This document shows positions 44,040 through 59,245 of a stretch of 64,000 nucleotides of DNA, one piece after another. Each line of letters begins with the position of its first letter. The first letter of the stretch is position 1. The notes beneath the pieces are model-generated. The model did no database searches. It saw only the letters and a list, made by a program, of their open reading frames with translations, and had not been told where the DNA came from. The DNA is taken from positions 307,644,001-307,708,000 of the forward strand of contig OZ024741.1 of assembly GCA_964016885.1 (NCBI GenBank). Reading direction: 5' to 3'. A program made the position numbers and the translations under genes. Source of the DNA: Eledone cirrhosa. Its lineage: Eukaryota.

Positions 44040-44560
44040 CCACCAACATCACCTCCATTACCACCACGACGACCACTACCACTAACGCCACCACTACGCC
44101 ACCATCACCACCACCACCACTACCGCCACCACCACCACTACCGCCACCACCACCACTACCACTACCACCACCACCACCACCGCCGCCGCCGCCACAACAA
44201 CCACCACCACCACCACCACCACCATCACCAACACCAACACCAAGACGACGACCACCACCACCACCACCACTACCACCACCACCAACACGACGACGACCAC
44301 CACCACCACCACCACCACTACCACCACCACCAACACGACGACGACGACGACGACGACGACGGCCACCACCACCACCACCACCACTACCACCACCACTACC
44401 ATCACCAACACCACCACCACGACCACCACCACTACCACCACCACTACCACCACCAACACCACTACCACCATCACCACCACCACCAACAACAACAACAACA
44501 AGACTGCCGACGTCACCGCTATCAATACAACAACCACAACAACATCAATAACAACAACAG
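44040..44560. repeat. (ACC)/(ACG)/(AAC) trinucleotide low-complexity tract
   Basis: Direct reading. Confidence 0.9.
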
Positions 44561-45061
44561 TAGCATTTCAACGTCGGCACCACCAACACCATCGAAAATA
44601 ATTAGAAGGAAAATAGAAAAAAACAGAATAAACGGTAATAATGACCCCAAAAAAACCCATCAAAACAAGAATAAGAAGGATGAGATCAAGAACAAGTTGC
44701 ATTTTATAGCGAAGACAGCAACCGCCGCCATTTTAGAAGAACAAAGAAAATGGCCGACATGTTGGATCGGCAATAAAGAAGATCATAAACACTTTAGGCG
44801 AACATCGATATAACGGAGTGTTTGGAGATATTGTTGTTGTTTTTGTTTTTATTTTTGCCGTTGTTGTTGTTGTTGTTATTATTATTATTGTTGTTGTTGT
44901 TGTTGTTGTTATTGTTGATAATGTCCTTGTTGTTACTGTTGTCGTTATTACTGTTGCGGTTGTTTTATTGTTTCTGTATTTATTATATTTGTATTGTTTT
45001 GTTTGATTTATTTATTTTTCCAACTTTTTGTCGTAGTTCTTACGACTGCTTTTAGTTTTAA

Positions 45062-45212
<151 letters not shown>

Positions 45213-45649
45213 AAGAATGTTTTTTGAAAGAGCGAGCGAGTTTGAAATTAGAAATAGAAACTTTCGCCGTAATTTTGACTAAAGTTATTTTAGCCTCACA
45301 TTGGGGTTTAGAAACCTCTAAGAAATGGAAAAGATGAGTATATGTCGCCTTAACCAGGTTCCAGAATAAAAATTAACTATAGACAAGCGTAGGAGACCCT
45401 TCTTTCCACGTTTTTCTTCTATCAATGTTCAAGGCAATCCAGTTAGAAATAGACCCAGACGTACTGCTACTGACAATATCTGTAGATTGGGTGAGGATAC
45501 AGTGTTTCTGCAAGTTTGTGTTATAGTGACAGGAATGAATCTCTAATGTTTCTTCAGTCATAGAAGTAGGAACCATTTAAGGGTATTTCGCTCTATGGTA
45601 ATAAAGAAGAATGCACGGTATTCCTCTTCTTCTTCATGCAATAGTGGAC

Positions 45650-46010
45650 ACAGCATGGCAGAATGGTTAAGGAAAGTTCGCTTTGCAATCATTGGTCCCC
45701 GTGTTCGAATCTACTGCGTCGCATCTAGGGCAAGTACCACGTATCATAGATTCGGGTCAATCCATACATTTTGAGTGAAATTGGGTTAACAGAAACTATT
45801 GGGAAATCCGTTGCATGAACTGGACTTGTAATTCAGAGGGCCAGCCGTGTAACACATAGTGTCACGCTTAGTCATTTTGCGAATTGTGTGAAGTGTATAA
45901 GAGTCTGTGAAATGTTAAGCTACTTCATGTTAATTTAACGAGCAGGCTATTGCGTTGATAGAACATTTGAAACACTCATTGTCGAAGCCGACGGAGATCC
46001 ATCGATCAAC
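45650..46010 (+). mobile_element. tRNA-derived SINE(s), chimeric
   Basis: TGGCAGAATGGTTAAG A box, GTTCGAATC B box; 3' half matches 570-740. Confidence 0.7.
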
Positions 46011-46429
46011 AGCCTGCACTCGTTACACAAAAAACAGCAACAAGAGCAACTGCAACAGGAGAAGCACATTTACGATAACCAGCAACGTGAGCAATGACAA
46101 ACTTTACCTCAAACACTGCAGCAATAGCTACAACAAATACATCTACAGCCATCATTAGCAATTACACTACATTCATCACTACTAACACTGCGACTAGGAA
46201 CACTATTATGACAATAGTAACAACTATGAGCATCAGTAAAACCGCCGCTACAAGCCCCTTCCCCCCACCACCACCACTACCAACACCACCAGGGCCACGA
46301 AACTGTTCTGCACAGAAGCAACTAGTGCCTGAGCATTGCTGATTCGTGGAGATATGTCAAAGTCTTTAATCACACAGCCACCAGAAAGTTTAAATATACG
46401 CGTTCCTGCTTGAATCTTTGTCTTTGTTG

Positions 46430-47260
46430 ATTGCCAGTATCGGTAAAGCGTCAGACATCATGCTTGCAGCATAGGAGTTATGGCCCTTTATGTTCTGAGT
46501 TCAAATCCCACCGAGGTTAACTTTACCTTTCCTCCTTACGGGATCGATAAAATAAAATACCAGTAATTCACTGGGATAATTGTTGGCCATGTGCCAAAAG
46601 AAGAAACAATTATTAATGATGATATACAGGGTGGTGGATTGGCAGTATCGGTAGAATGTCGGACGACATGCTTCGCAGCATAGAGTTACGGCCCTTTACG
46701 TGTGTGTCTATGTGTCTGTGTGTGGTGTGTGTGTGTGTGTTTGTATATATATGTAGGAGTATGCATATTTGTGTTCGTATAAGTGCATTTATATGTAATA
46801 AAATGAATATGTTAACTTTTAACTATCACTAGTGTTTTGGCAGTATCGGTAGAGCATCGGAAACATGACTTGCGTTATAGAGTTACGCCTCTTTCCGTTT
46901 TGAGTTCGAATCCCACTGGGGTTAGCTTCGCCTTTCATCAATGCGGGGTCGATAAAGTATAATACCAGTAACACATTGGGTTAGATTTCATTAACTTTCC
47001 CCCCCAAAAGATTTCTGGCCTTGTGCCTAAATCAGAAACCATTTATAATGATGTTATGGGTGACGGGTAACAGACTCGGTAGAGCGTCGAATAAGAGATA
47101 CGGTTTTTTATGTTCTGAGTTCAAATCGCACCAGGGTCAACTTTGCCTTTCATTCTCTCGGGGTCGATAAAATAAACTATCACACAATTTGTTGGTGTCA
47201 ATTTAAACGACTTGTCATTCCTCCCCAAATTGCTGACCTTGTGCCTAATGTTGAAATCAC
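46430..47260 (+). mobile_element. Cluster of 3-4 family A SINEs
   Basis: GAGTTC(A/G)AATC..TCGATAA..GCC(A/T)TGTGCC repeated at ~46430-46612, 46630-46700 (head only), 46835-47045 and 47060-47260. Confidence 0.85.
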
Positions 47261-47601
47261 TATTGTTGTTTGTTGTTGCTCTCTGTTATATTCTTTATAC
47301 ATTCATCTATTTATTTATTTATATATTTATTCTTCTTTCTTTTGTTATGTTGTGTCTATTCATTCATAGTTGTTGATTTTCACTTACTACGTCCGTCGAG
47401 TTGTTTCTATTTCTTTTACTCTATATATGTTGTGAATGTGTGAGTATCAGTGAGTGTGCGAGTGAGTGAATGTATGTGTATGGGGTGGCGTGTGTGTATG
47501 TGTGTCTGTATATGATTTAGTTTTGGTTTCATTTCCAAAGTTTATTTTTTTAAATGACAAACACGATCATCCCTCCTGCTGCTATGGTGACGATGTTCCA
47601 T

Positions 47602-47685
<84 letters not shown>

Positions 47686-47730
47686 CACACACACACATAT
47701 ATATATATTTGTTTTGCAAGCTTTTTGATA

Positions 47731-47794
<64 letters not shown>

Positions 47795-48017
47795 TATGTA
47801 TACAGAAACATATACATATATATATGTATACACACATACCACACACACACATATATATATGTATATATATGTGTGTGTGCGCGCGCGTTTGTGTGTGTTT
47901 GTGTTTGTATGTATGCATGAATGTGTATGTATATTGACGCGACATTGATTTATGCTCGTGTCTCACTCTCTGTGTTTATATATTCTATGCATATGTTTTA
48001 TGTATGATATATGAATG

Positions 48018-48081
<64 letters not shown>

Positions 48082-48223
48082 GGTGTGTGTGTGAGTGTGT
48101 GTGTTTATTTACACACTTAAATGCATTACCTATCAACCTACGTATCTTTTAAGAGACGCAACAGGGAAGGAAAAGAAGTATAAACAATATACAAAGACGA
48201 TAAAGAAGAAAACTCAAACAAAA

Positions 48224-48315
<92 letters not shown>

Positions 48316-48714
48316 TTTTGTATAATAACAAATATAATAACAAATATAAAAAAAAATAATAACGTCAAACAATAAACATGAAAATAAATACATTAAGAAA
48401 ATGCGTAACCTCAAAACGAAAAAAAGAAAACAAGAGCTCACACACCAATACACACCCTCATACACAGCTACGAGAAAAAAATACATAAAAGTATAATCAA
48501 ATCGCCTAGAAATCGATCCAGAAGTACGTCTTAAAGCAAGTGTTAATACAATATTGTTTAAATAGTTGGCTCTCACTGATTGGATTTGTCAATGCTTAAG
48601 GTATTAAGTCAATCAATAATTCATCACTTACTGCTAGCGAGTGTGACGTGGAGCAATTAGAAACCATTGGCAAGTGAAAACAAAGATCATATCAGACAGA
48701 CGTTAAAGATTGAC

Positions 48715-48972
48715 CGACTGGCGAGGAGGTGGTGAGCTGGCTGGAGGTTGGCTTGACTGGCTGAGCGGTTAGCTGGCTGCATGTTGACTGACTGGCTGGC
48801 TGGGTTAGTTAGTTGGCTTGCTGGCTGACTGGCTAGCTTGCTGTCTGGTTGGCTGGCTGGCTGACTGACTGGCTGGCTGCCTGGCTGGTAAGCTTGCTGA
48901 CTGACTGGCTGGCTGGCTGGGTGGGTGTGTCTGGTTCGCTGGCTAGCTGGGGGCTGGCTGGTTTGCTGACTG
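48715..48972. repeat. Degenerate (TGGC)n microsatellite
   Basis: Direct reading. Confidence 0.85.
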
Positions 48973-49084
48973 AAATAGCAGATGATATAGGTAGATCAGA
49001 TCAGCGTAGCAGACGATTCAACTTAAGAGAGAGAGAGATAGATAGATATATAGATAGACAGATAGATAGATAGATAGATAGGGG

Positions 49085-49174
<90 letters not shown>

Positions 49175-50204
49175 AATAGAGAGGAGGAAGGTGTAAAGAC
49201 AAACAAATCAACATATGCAGAATTGAAGATATGCAGATGTGCAGACTTTAAGACTACCAAACACCTTTGCTTCCAGTATTGTCTCCATCGATTCTATCAA
49301 TATACTCCACAGCCATTATTAACTGTCCTATCATCGTTAATATCATTAGTATAATGAATACCACTACAATCAGTCCAGCACCTACTTCTATGAACTACCT
49401 CTACCCACAGCAGCTCTCTTCATACCATCAACAACTCTCATCATACCCTCAACACGAAAACCAGGACCATTTACTTGACCTTTAGTACCACTACCTCAAC
49501 CATCAGCTCCTCTGCTCTTCTTTCAACACTATCACCAGCAGTGTCACCATTAATACAACCAAAATTTACAACACCACTACCAGTGACATCATCATCAATT
49601 TTACCTCTATTACTAGCTGTAATGTAACGATTACTACCCAGAGTACTGCCACCAACGTTACTAACAACATGTCCAGCAACACCACAAGCAAGACATCTAT
49701 TCCTACTACTACCACACATACAATACACCCCTCATTACATCGACAACACCTCAATGTCCAGCATCTAAACAACATACAAAACTAATTTCAACATGACCAC
49801 CATCGACACTACATCAACAACAGCAACACCAAGACAGACATCTGCACATCATATCTACCAAATATGACAAAGTGTCACCAAAGCCACAAATACACCACCA
49901 CCACCAGGATGTTCACCATCACCGTAGCCTCCAATTTACTCACCCTCACCAACACTACTAACAACGTTATCACCGTGACTCCACCAACACTACTATCATC
50001 ACCAACTACTATCCACAGCATTATAAAACACACAACACATACCAGACAACACCAACACAACTATCGATATCACAACTATTATCAACTTAAGTAACAAGAA
50101 CAAATGAAGCACCATATCAACAACAACTACCAGAAAAACATACCATCACCAGCAGAACAACAACAACCTCACCACTAGTACTACTACGTCATTGACCAGA
50201 ACAA

Positions 50205-51060
50205 TAACGATTTCTACTATAGGCACAAGGTCAGCAATTTACGGGGGGTGAAAAGTCGATTAAATTCACCCCAGTGCCTTACTGGTGCTTATTTTATCGA
50301 CCCTGTAAAAAATGAAAGGCAAAGCTAACTTCGGGTGGATTTGAACTCAGAGCGTAAAGGGCCATAACTCTTTGCTGCAAAGCATGGTTTCTGACGCCCT
50401 ACCGATACTGCCAACCCACCACCCTATTAACAAGAACCATAATGGTTTCTTATATAAGCACAAGGCCAGCAATTTTTTTTTGGGGGGGGAAGTCGATTAA
50501 TCGACTCCAGTGTGTGACTGGTGCTTTATTTTATCGATCCCGTAAGGATGAAAGTTAACTTCGGTGGAATTTGAAATCAGAACGTAAAGGGCCATAACTC
50601 TATACTGCAAAGCATGGTTTCTGACGCCCTACCAATACTGCCAACCCACCTCCCTATTAACAAGAACAATAGTAATAACATTGTCTTAACAACTACAATT
50701 TAAATACTATCACAACATTAACAATCAGAACGTACTAAGACCGTCACAACAAAGAGTAAACCATCACTCTATCAACAACATCACAACACTGCTGGCACAA
50801 CATCACTGACAATAAAACCCCTAAACCATTACCAAACCAACATCATCATCAACAACACAACTACTACTACACCAGTCAGAAAACTAAAACACTACCATGC
50901 AAATACCAAAATACAACATCATAAACCATAATAATGGTTTCTTATACAGACACAAGGCCAGCAATTTTGGGGGAGGGGAAAGTCGATTAAATCGACCCCA
51001 GTGCATTACTGGTGCTTTATTTTATCGACCCCGTAAGGATGAAAGGCGGGATTTGAACTC
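50205..51060 (-). mobile_element. Three family A SINEs (first two are a local tandem duplication)
   Basis: 50205-50440 and 50440-50670 share flank CCTATTAACAAGAAC; third copy at ~50935-51060 is truncated. Confidence 0.85.
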
Positions 51061-51647
51061 ACATCACCACCATCGCAATGAGAACAGCAAGAGCTACAAC
51101 AATTATCAACCCGAACACCGTTACGAAAACAACTCCATCAACTCAAACACAAACACCAGCATCACCGCCTTCAACGTGAACAACACCCAACATTTTAACT
51201 CGGAAGAAGAAAGCCGTACAATGATAGCCAACGGCAGAACGTATCTGTCGGTACAATCATCATTATTATGAATTAATATCGTATTACACTTGATTTAAAA
51301 TTGCCTTTTCCGCCATATTGGCTTTCCCAAATATTACTTCTTCAAGATTACTGACTCACCCAATTATGTTCAGATTAACTTACTTAGTATCGATTCTTGG
51401 GTTAACATGGTGTTTATGTATGTATGTATGTGTTCATGCGCGTGCACACACACACATATATGTCTATGTGTGCGCGCGCATGAACACATACATACATATA
51501 TATACACATACATATATATGTGTGTGTGTATATATATGTATTCATGTGCATATATACATACATTTGCATGTATGTATATATGCATATATATATATATATT
51601 TCTGTCTCTTTCCTTCTCTCACTCTCTCTAAATATATATATGTATAA

Positions 51648-51696
<49 letters not shown>

Positions 51697-52465
51697 GTGT
51701 GTTTGTGGGTGTGGCGGGTGTGAGTGTATATATACATACATACATATAAACAGGAGAGACAGAGACATTTGTGTGTTTGTGTTTGTATGTAGATTTGCGC
51801 GCGCACACACAAATCTTATATATATTATATTTGCATATACATTTTTATACATAACGGCGAGGTTTTTGATATGAAATCGTGTGTCGAAACAAATATTGTT
51901 ATACTTTAGGAGGAACATAATAGTACCACTGATGATGTTGCAGATGTGCAACGAAAGAACTTTATTAGACTATATATATGTGTTTATATCTATATTATAT
52001 CTGTATTTTTGACCATTGGTCAGTCAATGATAAACATTGAGGACCGGATAAGTTAACTGTGGAGATATAATAGATACAGAAGCGAAAACCAACCAAACAG
52101 TGAGTGTGTTCTGTTATTAATTCGGCAATATTATTACAACAATACGACTCTCCCCAAGTATAACAATATTTATATATATATATGTGTAGATACACGCACA
52201 TATATGAATATATATATATATATATATATTCATATATGTACGTGTCTCTACACATATTTGTGTGTTTTGAATGCGTGTGCATATATGTATTTATATCATC
52301 TGTACATAAATGTATATGGGCATATTATGTATATGTCTAGGTCTACAACTACATATATCTACGGGTTGGGGGTAAGGCTGCAAAATCAATGTTTGAAATC
52401 CATGTGCGGATACCAGTGATATACTGAGGTAGGAGATAGATAATGTGTCTAGTGGGTATATGTGT

Positions 52466-52539
<74 letters not shown>

Positions 52540-52634
52540 ATATGTAGAAGTTATATTTAATTTGTTGGGATACAACAAGCAAATATTTTTATAACTGATA
52601 TAAAGCACACAACAAATTATTGGAGTAAAAATAC

Positions 52635-52878
52635 AATATATTAACAAATGGAAACTATATTTATAAAACCATATTTATTTCATTATACATATTTCAAGGA
52701 CACCAAAGCAAATTATGGTGCGCTTTCATCAGATAATATTATATTTTATCTATATTATATTGATCTATATTATATTTTATCTGATGAAAGCGCACCATAA
52801 TTTGCTTTGGTGTCCTTGAAATATGTATAATGAAATAAATATGGTTTTATAAATATAGTTTCCATTTGTTAATATATT
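52635..52878. repeat. Fold-back with ~102-bp near-identical arms, hammerhead on both strands
   Basis: Arms 52635-52736 and 52777-52878; 40-bp AT-rich spacer. Confidence 0.95.
52774..52836 (+). ncRNA. Type-I hammerhead ribozyme motif (mirror copy on - strand ~52677-52739)
   Basis: ATTTTAT-CTGATGA-AAG.GCACCA..TGGTGT.CTT-GAAA-TATGTA-TA|ATGAAAT. Confidence 0.8.
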
Positions 52879-52958
52879 ATATATGTATATATATATATGT
52901 ATATATATATATGTGTGTATACATATATATATGTATGTATATATGTACATATATACAT

Positions 52959-53052
<94 letters not shown>

Positions 53053-53055
<3 letters not shown>

Positions 53056-53415
53056 GTATTTTGCAATACACTGTATGCTTAATTAAAAGCATTTTGAAGA
53101 CCTTGCACTATTGTTTTAAAGTAGTGAAAAAGTCACTTACTTCTATTTTCAGCAAACAAGGGGAGATAAGCTGACAGAGCTCTCTTTCGTGCTCGTTGGT
53201 ACTTCTCAAAGCTCAGCACTGGGATTCTATAAGAATCCAACATTCATAATTTTCAGCAAACAGGAGGAGTACCAACAAGTACGAAACAGAACTCTATCAG
53301 CTTATCTCCCTTTGTTTGCTGAAAATAGAAGTAAGTGACATTGTCACTACTTTAAAACAATAGCGCAAGGTCTCCAAAATGCTTTTAATTAAGTATACAG
53401 TGTATTGCAAAATAC
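53053..53415. repeat. Older fold-back (~150-bp arms) carrying decayed hammerheads
   Basis: Arms ~53056-53207 and ~53265-53415. Minus strand 53168-53214 reads GAGCT-TTGAGAA-GTAC-CAACGA-GCAC-GAAA-GAG-AGCT-CTG-TC|AGCTT. Confidence 0.85.
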
Positions 53416-53502
53416 GATATACATTCATATATATATCGTATTTCAGAGCACCAATTCTAATATATATATATATATACATACACACACAGACACACACACA
53501 CA

Positions 53503-53654
<152 letters not shown>

Positions 53655-54081
53655 AAGACAGTTACTTAATTCATTGTTTAATGATCGTTTATATATGTAT
53701 ATATAGTTGCATGATATGGACAAACTGTAAACGTAAACGGATACACGGAAACACAGACACACAAACAGACACACAGACACACAGACACACACACACACAT
53801 ACACACACACCCACACACCTACAGACACACGCACTCACACACACACACACTCACACACACACAAACACACATACTAGCCTGTAAGTTTTAAAATTAACAT
53901 GAATGTGTATCTATGGGTATAGTTCATATGTATTTCTCTAATTTATGTATCCTAAGCATCTCATTCTAGATAAGCATGTTGAATGTAATATCTATAGAGA
54001 CTTCTTTATAAATTGATTGCATATATATATAATATATACATATATATAGATATAGATATATATATATAAATGTGTGTGTGT

Positions 54082-54136
<55 letters not shown>

Positions 54137-54534
54137 TTTGTGTCTGTACACATTTTTTTTTTCACAGACATACATATAGGTATATAAATACATACATAGA
54201 TGTATGATAACTTGGAAGCATATGCAAATTATATTTTCCAGCATGTAAGATCGTATGTTAAGTCTATTAATCTTAGAAGCCGAAGCCACACACCACATAC
54301 AATAAAGTAATCCAGACTGAGCGAAGCCAATTGAGCAATGTCATATTGGTTCGTATTTAGTCTCAATATTAACCTTAAGTTAACCTCCTCTTCTCTCCGT
54401 CATATTTCTTCTACTTCTTATTCCGAGACTTGCATGAATATTTCATTTGCATATTCCTAGTCGATTAAATTATAGTTAGCGTTCCGCAGTTATATAAAGA
54501 TGTGAGTGGATTTGTTTCACATGTAAATATATAC

Positions 54535-54612
<78 letters not shown>

Positions 54613-54766
54613 TAATATTATCCTCATCTTCCTTTCACATCATTTTTGCAATGCTTACATGGATACGCACACAAAACACATACACACACACACTCACACA
54701 CACACACACATATGTATACATACATACATATATTAATATACATATATATATAGATGTGTGCATGTG

Positions 54767-54805
<39 letters not shown>

Positions 54806-54822
54806 ACATGTATATATGGATG

Positions 54823-54862
<40 letters not shown>

Positions 54863-54877
54863 CATCCATATATACAT

Positions 54878-54915
<38 letters not shown>

Positions 54916-54928
54916 ACACACACACACA

Positions 54929-54993
<65 letters not shown>

Positions 54994-55234
54994 GTATATA
55001 TATACATATATAAATACATATTTACATCTCGATGTCTCTTAGTAATAGCAGTTTAGTATTCGTGAATTCATTTGAGGAAGAAACATGGAATGTGGGCAGC
55101 CATTTACATGTTGGCCTGTATTGGACGGGTCGGGTCGGGTCGGGGTAGTCGGCTACGGTAATTACTTTCGTGTCGGCGCTTCTGGTCTCACAAGACATAA
55201 CATTGTATTCATATGTGGAGTATACCATTTTTTT

Positions 55235-57865
55235 ACCACCACCACCACCACCACCACCACCACCACCACCACCACCACCTCCACCACTACCACCACCACC
55301 AACAGCAACAGCAACAACCACCACCAACATCACCACCACCAACAACACCACCACCACCTCCACCACTACCACCACCACCACCACCACCTTCACCACTACC
55401 ACCACCACCACCAACAGCAACAACCACCACCAACATCACCACCACCACCAGCACCACCACCACCACCACCACCAACACCAACACCACCTCCACCACTACC
55501 ACCACCACCACCAACAGCAACAATCACCACCAACATCACCACCACCACCAGCACTAGCACCACCACCAACAGCAACACCACCACCACCTCCACCACTACC
55601 ACCACCACTACCAAAAACAACCACCACCAACATCACCACCGCCACCAACAACACCACCACCACCTCCACCACTACCACCACCACCACCAACAACAACCAC
55701 CACCAACATCACCACTACCACCAGCACCACCACCACCACCAACAACACCACCACCACCTCCACCACTACCACCACCACCACCAACAACAACCACCACCAA
55801 CATCACCACCACCACCAGCACCAGCACCACCACCAACATCACCACCACCACCAGCACCAGCACCACCACCAACCGCACCACCACCACCTCCACCACCATC
55901 ACCATCACCATCACCACAAACATCAGCAACAATATCACCATCACCACCACCACCATCATCACCACGACAACTATCACCGCCACCACCTCAACAACCACCG
56001 CCACCGCCACCCACGCAATCACCAGCACTACCATCACCACCACCATCATCATCACCACGATAACTACCACCGCCACCACCACAACAACCACTGCCACCTC
56101 CACCCACGCAATCACCACCACCATCATCATCACGACAATCACCACATCCATTACCACCACCACGGCCACGGCCTCTATCACCATCACCACTACCATCACC
56201 ACTACCATTACCACTATCATCACCACTACCATCACCACTACCATTACCACTACCATTACCACAACCATCACCACTACCATCACCACTACCATCACCACTA
56301 CCAACACCACTACCATTACCACTACCATCACCACTATCATCACCACTACCATCACCACTACCATCACCACTATCATCACCACTATCATCACCACTACCAT
56401 TACCACTACCATCACCACTACCATCACCACTAACATCACCACTACCATCACCACTACCAACACCACTACCATCACCACTATCATCACCACTACCAACACC
56501 ACTACCATCACCACTATCATCACCACTACCAACACCACTACCATCACCACTACCATCACCACTACCAACACCACTACCATTACCACTACCATCACCACTA
56601 TCATCACCACTACCATCACCACTACCATCACCACTATCATCACCACTATCATCACCACTACCATTACCACTATCATCACCACTACCATCACCACTACTAT
56701 CACCACTACCAACACCACTACCAACACCACTACCATCACCACTACCATTACCACTATCATCACCACTATCATCACCACTAACATAACCACTACCATCACC
56801 ACTACCATCACCACTACCAACACCACTACCATTACCACTATCATCACCACTATCATCACCACTACCATCACCACTACCATCACCATACCATCACCACTAC
56901 CATCACCACTATCATCACCACTACCATTACCACTATCATCACCACTACCATCGCCACTACCAACACCACTACCATCACCACTATCATCACCACTAACATC
57001 ACCACTACCATCACCACTACCATCACCACTACCATCACCACTACCATCACCACTATCATCACCACTACCATCACCACTACCATCACCACTACCATTACCA
57101 CTACCATTACCACAACCATCACCACTACCAACACCACTACCATAACCACTACCATTACCACACCATCACCACTACCATCACCACTACCATCACCACTACC
57201 AACACCACTACCATCACCACTACCATCACCACTACCATCACCACTACCATCACCGCTACCATCACCATTACCATCACCACCATCACCACGATAACCAGAG
57301 CACCAACACCACCACCACCACTACCTCCACACACACAACCCCCACCACCATATCACCACGACAACCACAACCACCACCATCACCACCACCATCATCATCA
57401 CCACGACAACTACCACCGCCACGACAACCACCGCCACCCACGCACTCACCACTACCATCATCATCACCACCACCATCATCATCACCACGACAACTACCAC
57501 CACCACCACAACAACCACTGCCACCGCCACCCACGCAATCACCACCACCATCATCATCACGACAATCACCACCTCCATTACCACCACCACGGCCACGGCC
57601 TCTACCACATGACCTCTACCACTATCACCACCACCACCACTATCGCCGCCACTACAACCACCACTACTGCCACCACCACAACTAGCACCACCACCTTTAC
57701 CATCATCGCTACCACCACCTTTACCATCATCGCTACCACCACCACCACCACCACCACCAACCTCTACCACTATCACTAACACCACCAGCGCCGCCGCCGC
57801 CGACACCACAACTTCAACCACCATGGCCACCGCCACCTCTACCGCTATCACCTCTACCACCACCA
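55235..57865. repeat. (ACC)n-derived low-complexity region containing a 12-bp ACCACTACCATC tandem array (~56175-57285)
   Basis: Direct reading; the 686-aa Thr-rich ORF is a by-product of the repeat. Confidence 0.9.
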
Positions 57866-57941
57866 AACTTTGGATGTTGTAATCCATGATTCTGGGCCCT
57901 AATGGCATCAACACGTATTTTCTAGAAATTGGGGCACGAGG

Positions 57942-58480
57942 AACTGTGCCTCACTGTATCGCACGTGCCTCACTGTACCTCACTGTGCCTCACTGTACTT
58001 CACTGTGCCCCACTGTGCCTCACTCTGCCCCACTGTGCCTCACTCTGCCCCACTGTGCCTCACTATGTCTCACTGTGCATCACTGTGTCTCACTGTGTCT
58101 CACTGTGCCCCACTCTATCGCACGTGCCTCACTGAGCCCCACTGTACCTCACTGTCCCCCACTGTACCCCACTGTACCTCCCTGTGCTCCCCTGCACCTC
58201 ACTGTGCTCCACTGTGTCTCACTGTGCTCCACTGCACCTCACTGTGCTCCACTGTACCTCCCTGTGCTCCACTGCACCTCACTGTGCCCCACTGTGCCTC
58301 ACTGAGCTCCACTGTACCTCCCTGTGCTCCCCTGCACCTCACTGTGCTCCACTGTGCCTCACTGAGCTCCACTGTACCTCCCTGTGCTCCCCTGCACCTC
58401 ACTGTGCTCCACTGTGCCTCACTGAGCTCCACTGTACCTCCCTGTGCTCCACTGCACCTCACTGTGCTCCACTGTGCCTC
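57942..58480. repeat. 10-bp minisatellite (CACTGTGCCT-like) with a 60-bp higher-order repeat
   Basis: 58321-58380 and 58381-58440 are identical 60-mers. Confidence 0.92.
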
Positions 58481-58786
58481 CTTCTTCTTCTTCTTCTTCT
58501 TCTTCTTCTTCTTCTTCTCCTCCTTCTTCTTCTTCTTCGTCTTCTTCTTCTTCTTCTTCTTCTTCTTCTTCTTCTTCTTCTTCTTCTTCTTCTTCTTCTT
58601 CTTCTTCTTCTTCATCATCCGCTTCTTCACCATCATCATCAAGAGTAGCGGCAGCAACAGCAGCAGCACCAGTTCTCCGCCCCTTCTTACACCTCTTCCT
58701 TCCCCCCTCATCATCATCACCATCTTACCCACCATCATCATAGTCCACCTCCTCCCCTCCTCCTCCGCCTCCTCCTACATCATCAT

Positions 58787-58818
<32 letters not shown>

Positions 58819-58930
58819 CCATCATCATAGTCCTCCTCCCCTTCCTCCTCCTCATCATCATAACCGTCATCATCATCATCATGACCATCATCACAGTCAT
58901 TATCATCATCATCATCATCATCATTATTTA
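58480..58930. repeat. (TTC)n and (ATC)n microsatellites
   Basis: Direct reading. Confidence 0.9.
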
Positions 58931-59208
58931 ACGCCAGTACCCAGCAGTAGTGTTGTCATATCCATTATCATGACCGATAATTAAAACACATCATATAGGT
59001 GTGTGAGTGTGTGTATGAGTGTGTGTGTGTAAGTGTATGTATGAGTGTGTGTGTGTGTGTGTGTATGTGTGTGTGTCTATGTGTGTGTGTGTGTGTCTAT
59101 GTGTGTGCGTGCGTCTATGTGTGTGTGTGTGTCTATGTATGTGTATGTCTATATGTGTGTGTGTATGTGTGTATGTGTGTGTATGTGTGTGTATGTGTGT
59201 GTGTGTGT

Positions 59209-59245
<37 letters not shown>

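Noticed and set aside
45373-45640. Short minus-strand ORF as a host exon or transposase
   Set aside because: No recognisable motif; stops in all frames nearby.
55085-57145. 686-aa Thr/His/Pro-rich ORF (mucin-like)
   Set aside because: Arises from stop-poor (ACC)n and 12-bp repeats; long ORFs occur in several frames and on both strands; no domain or splice context.
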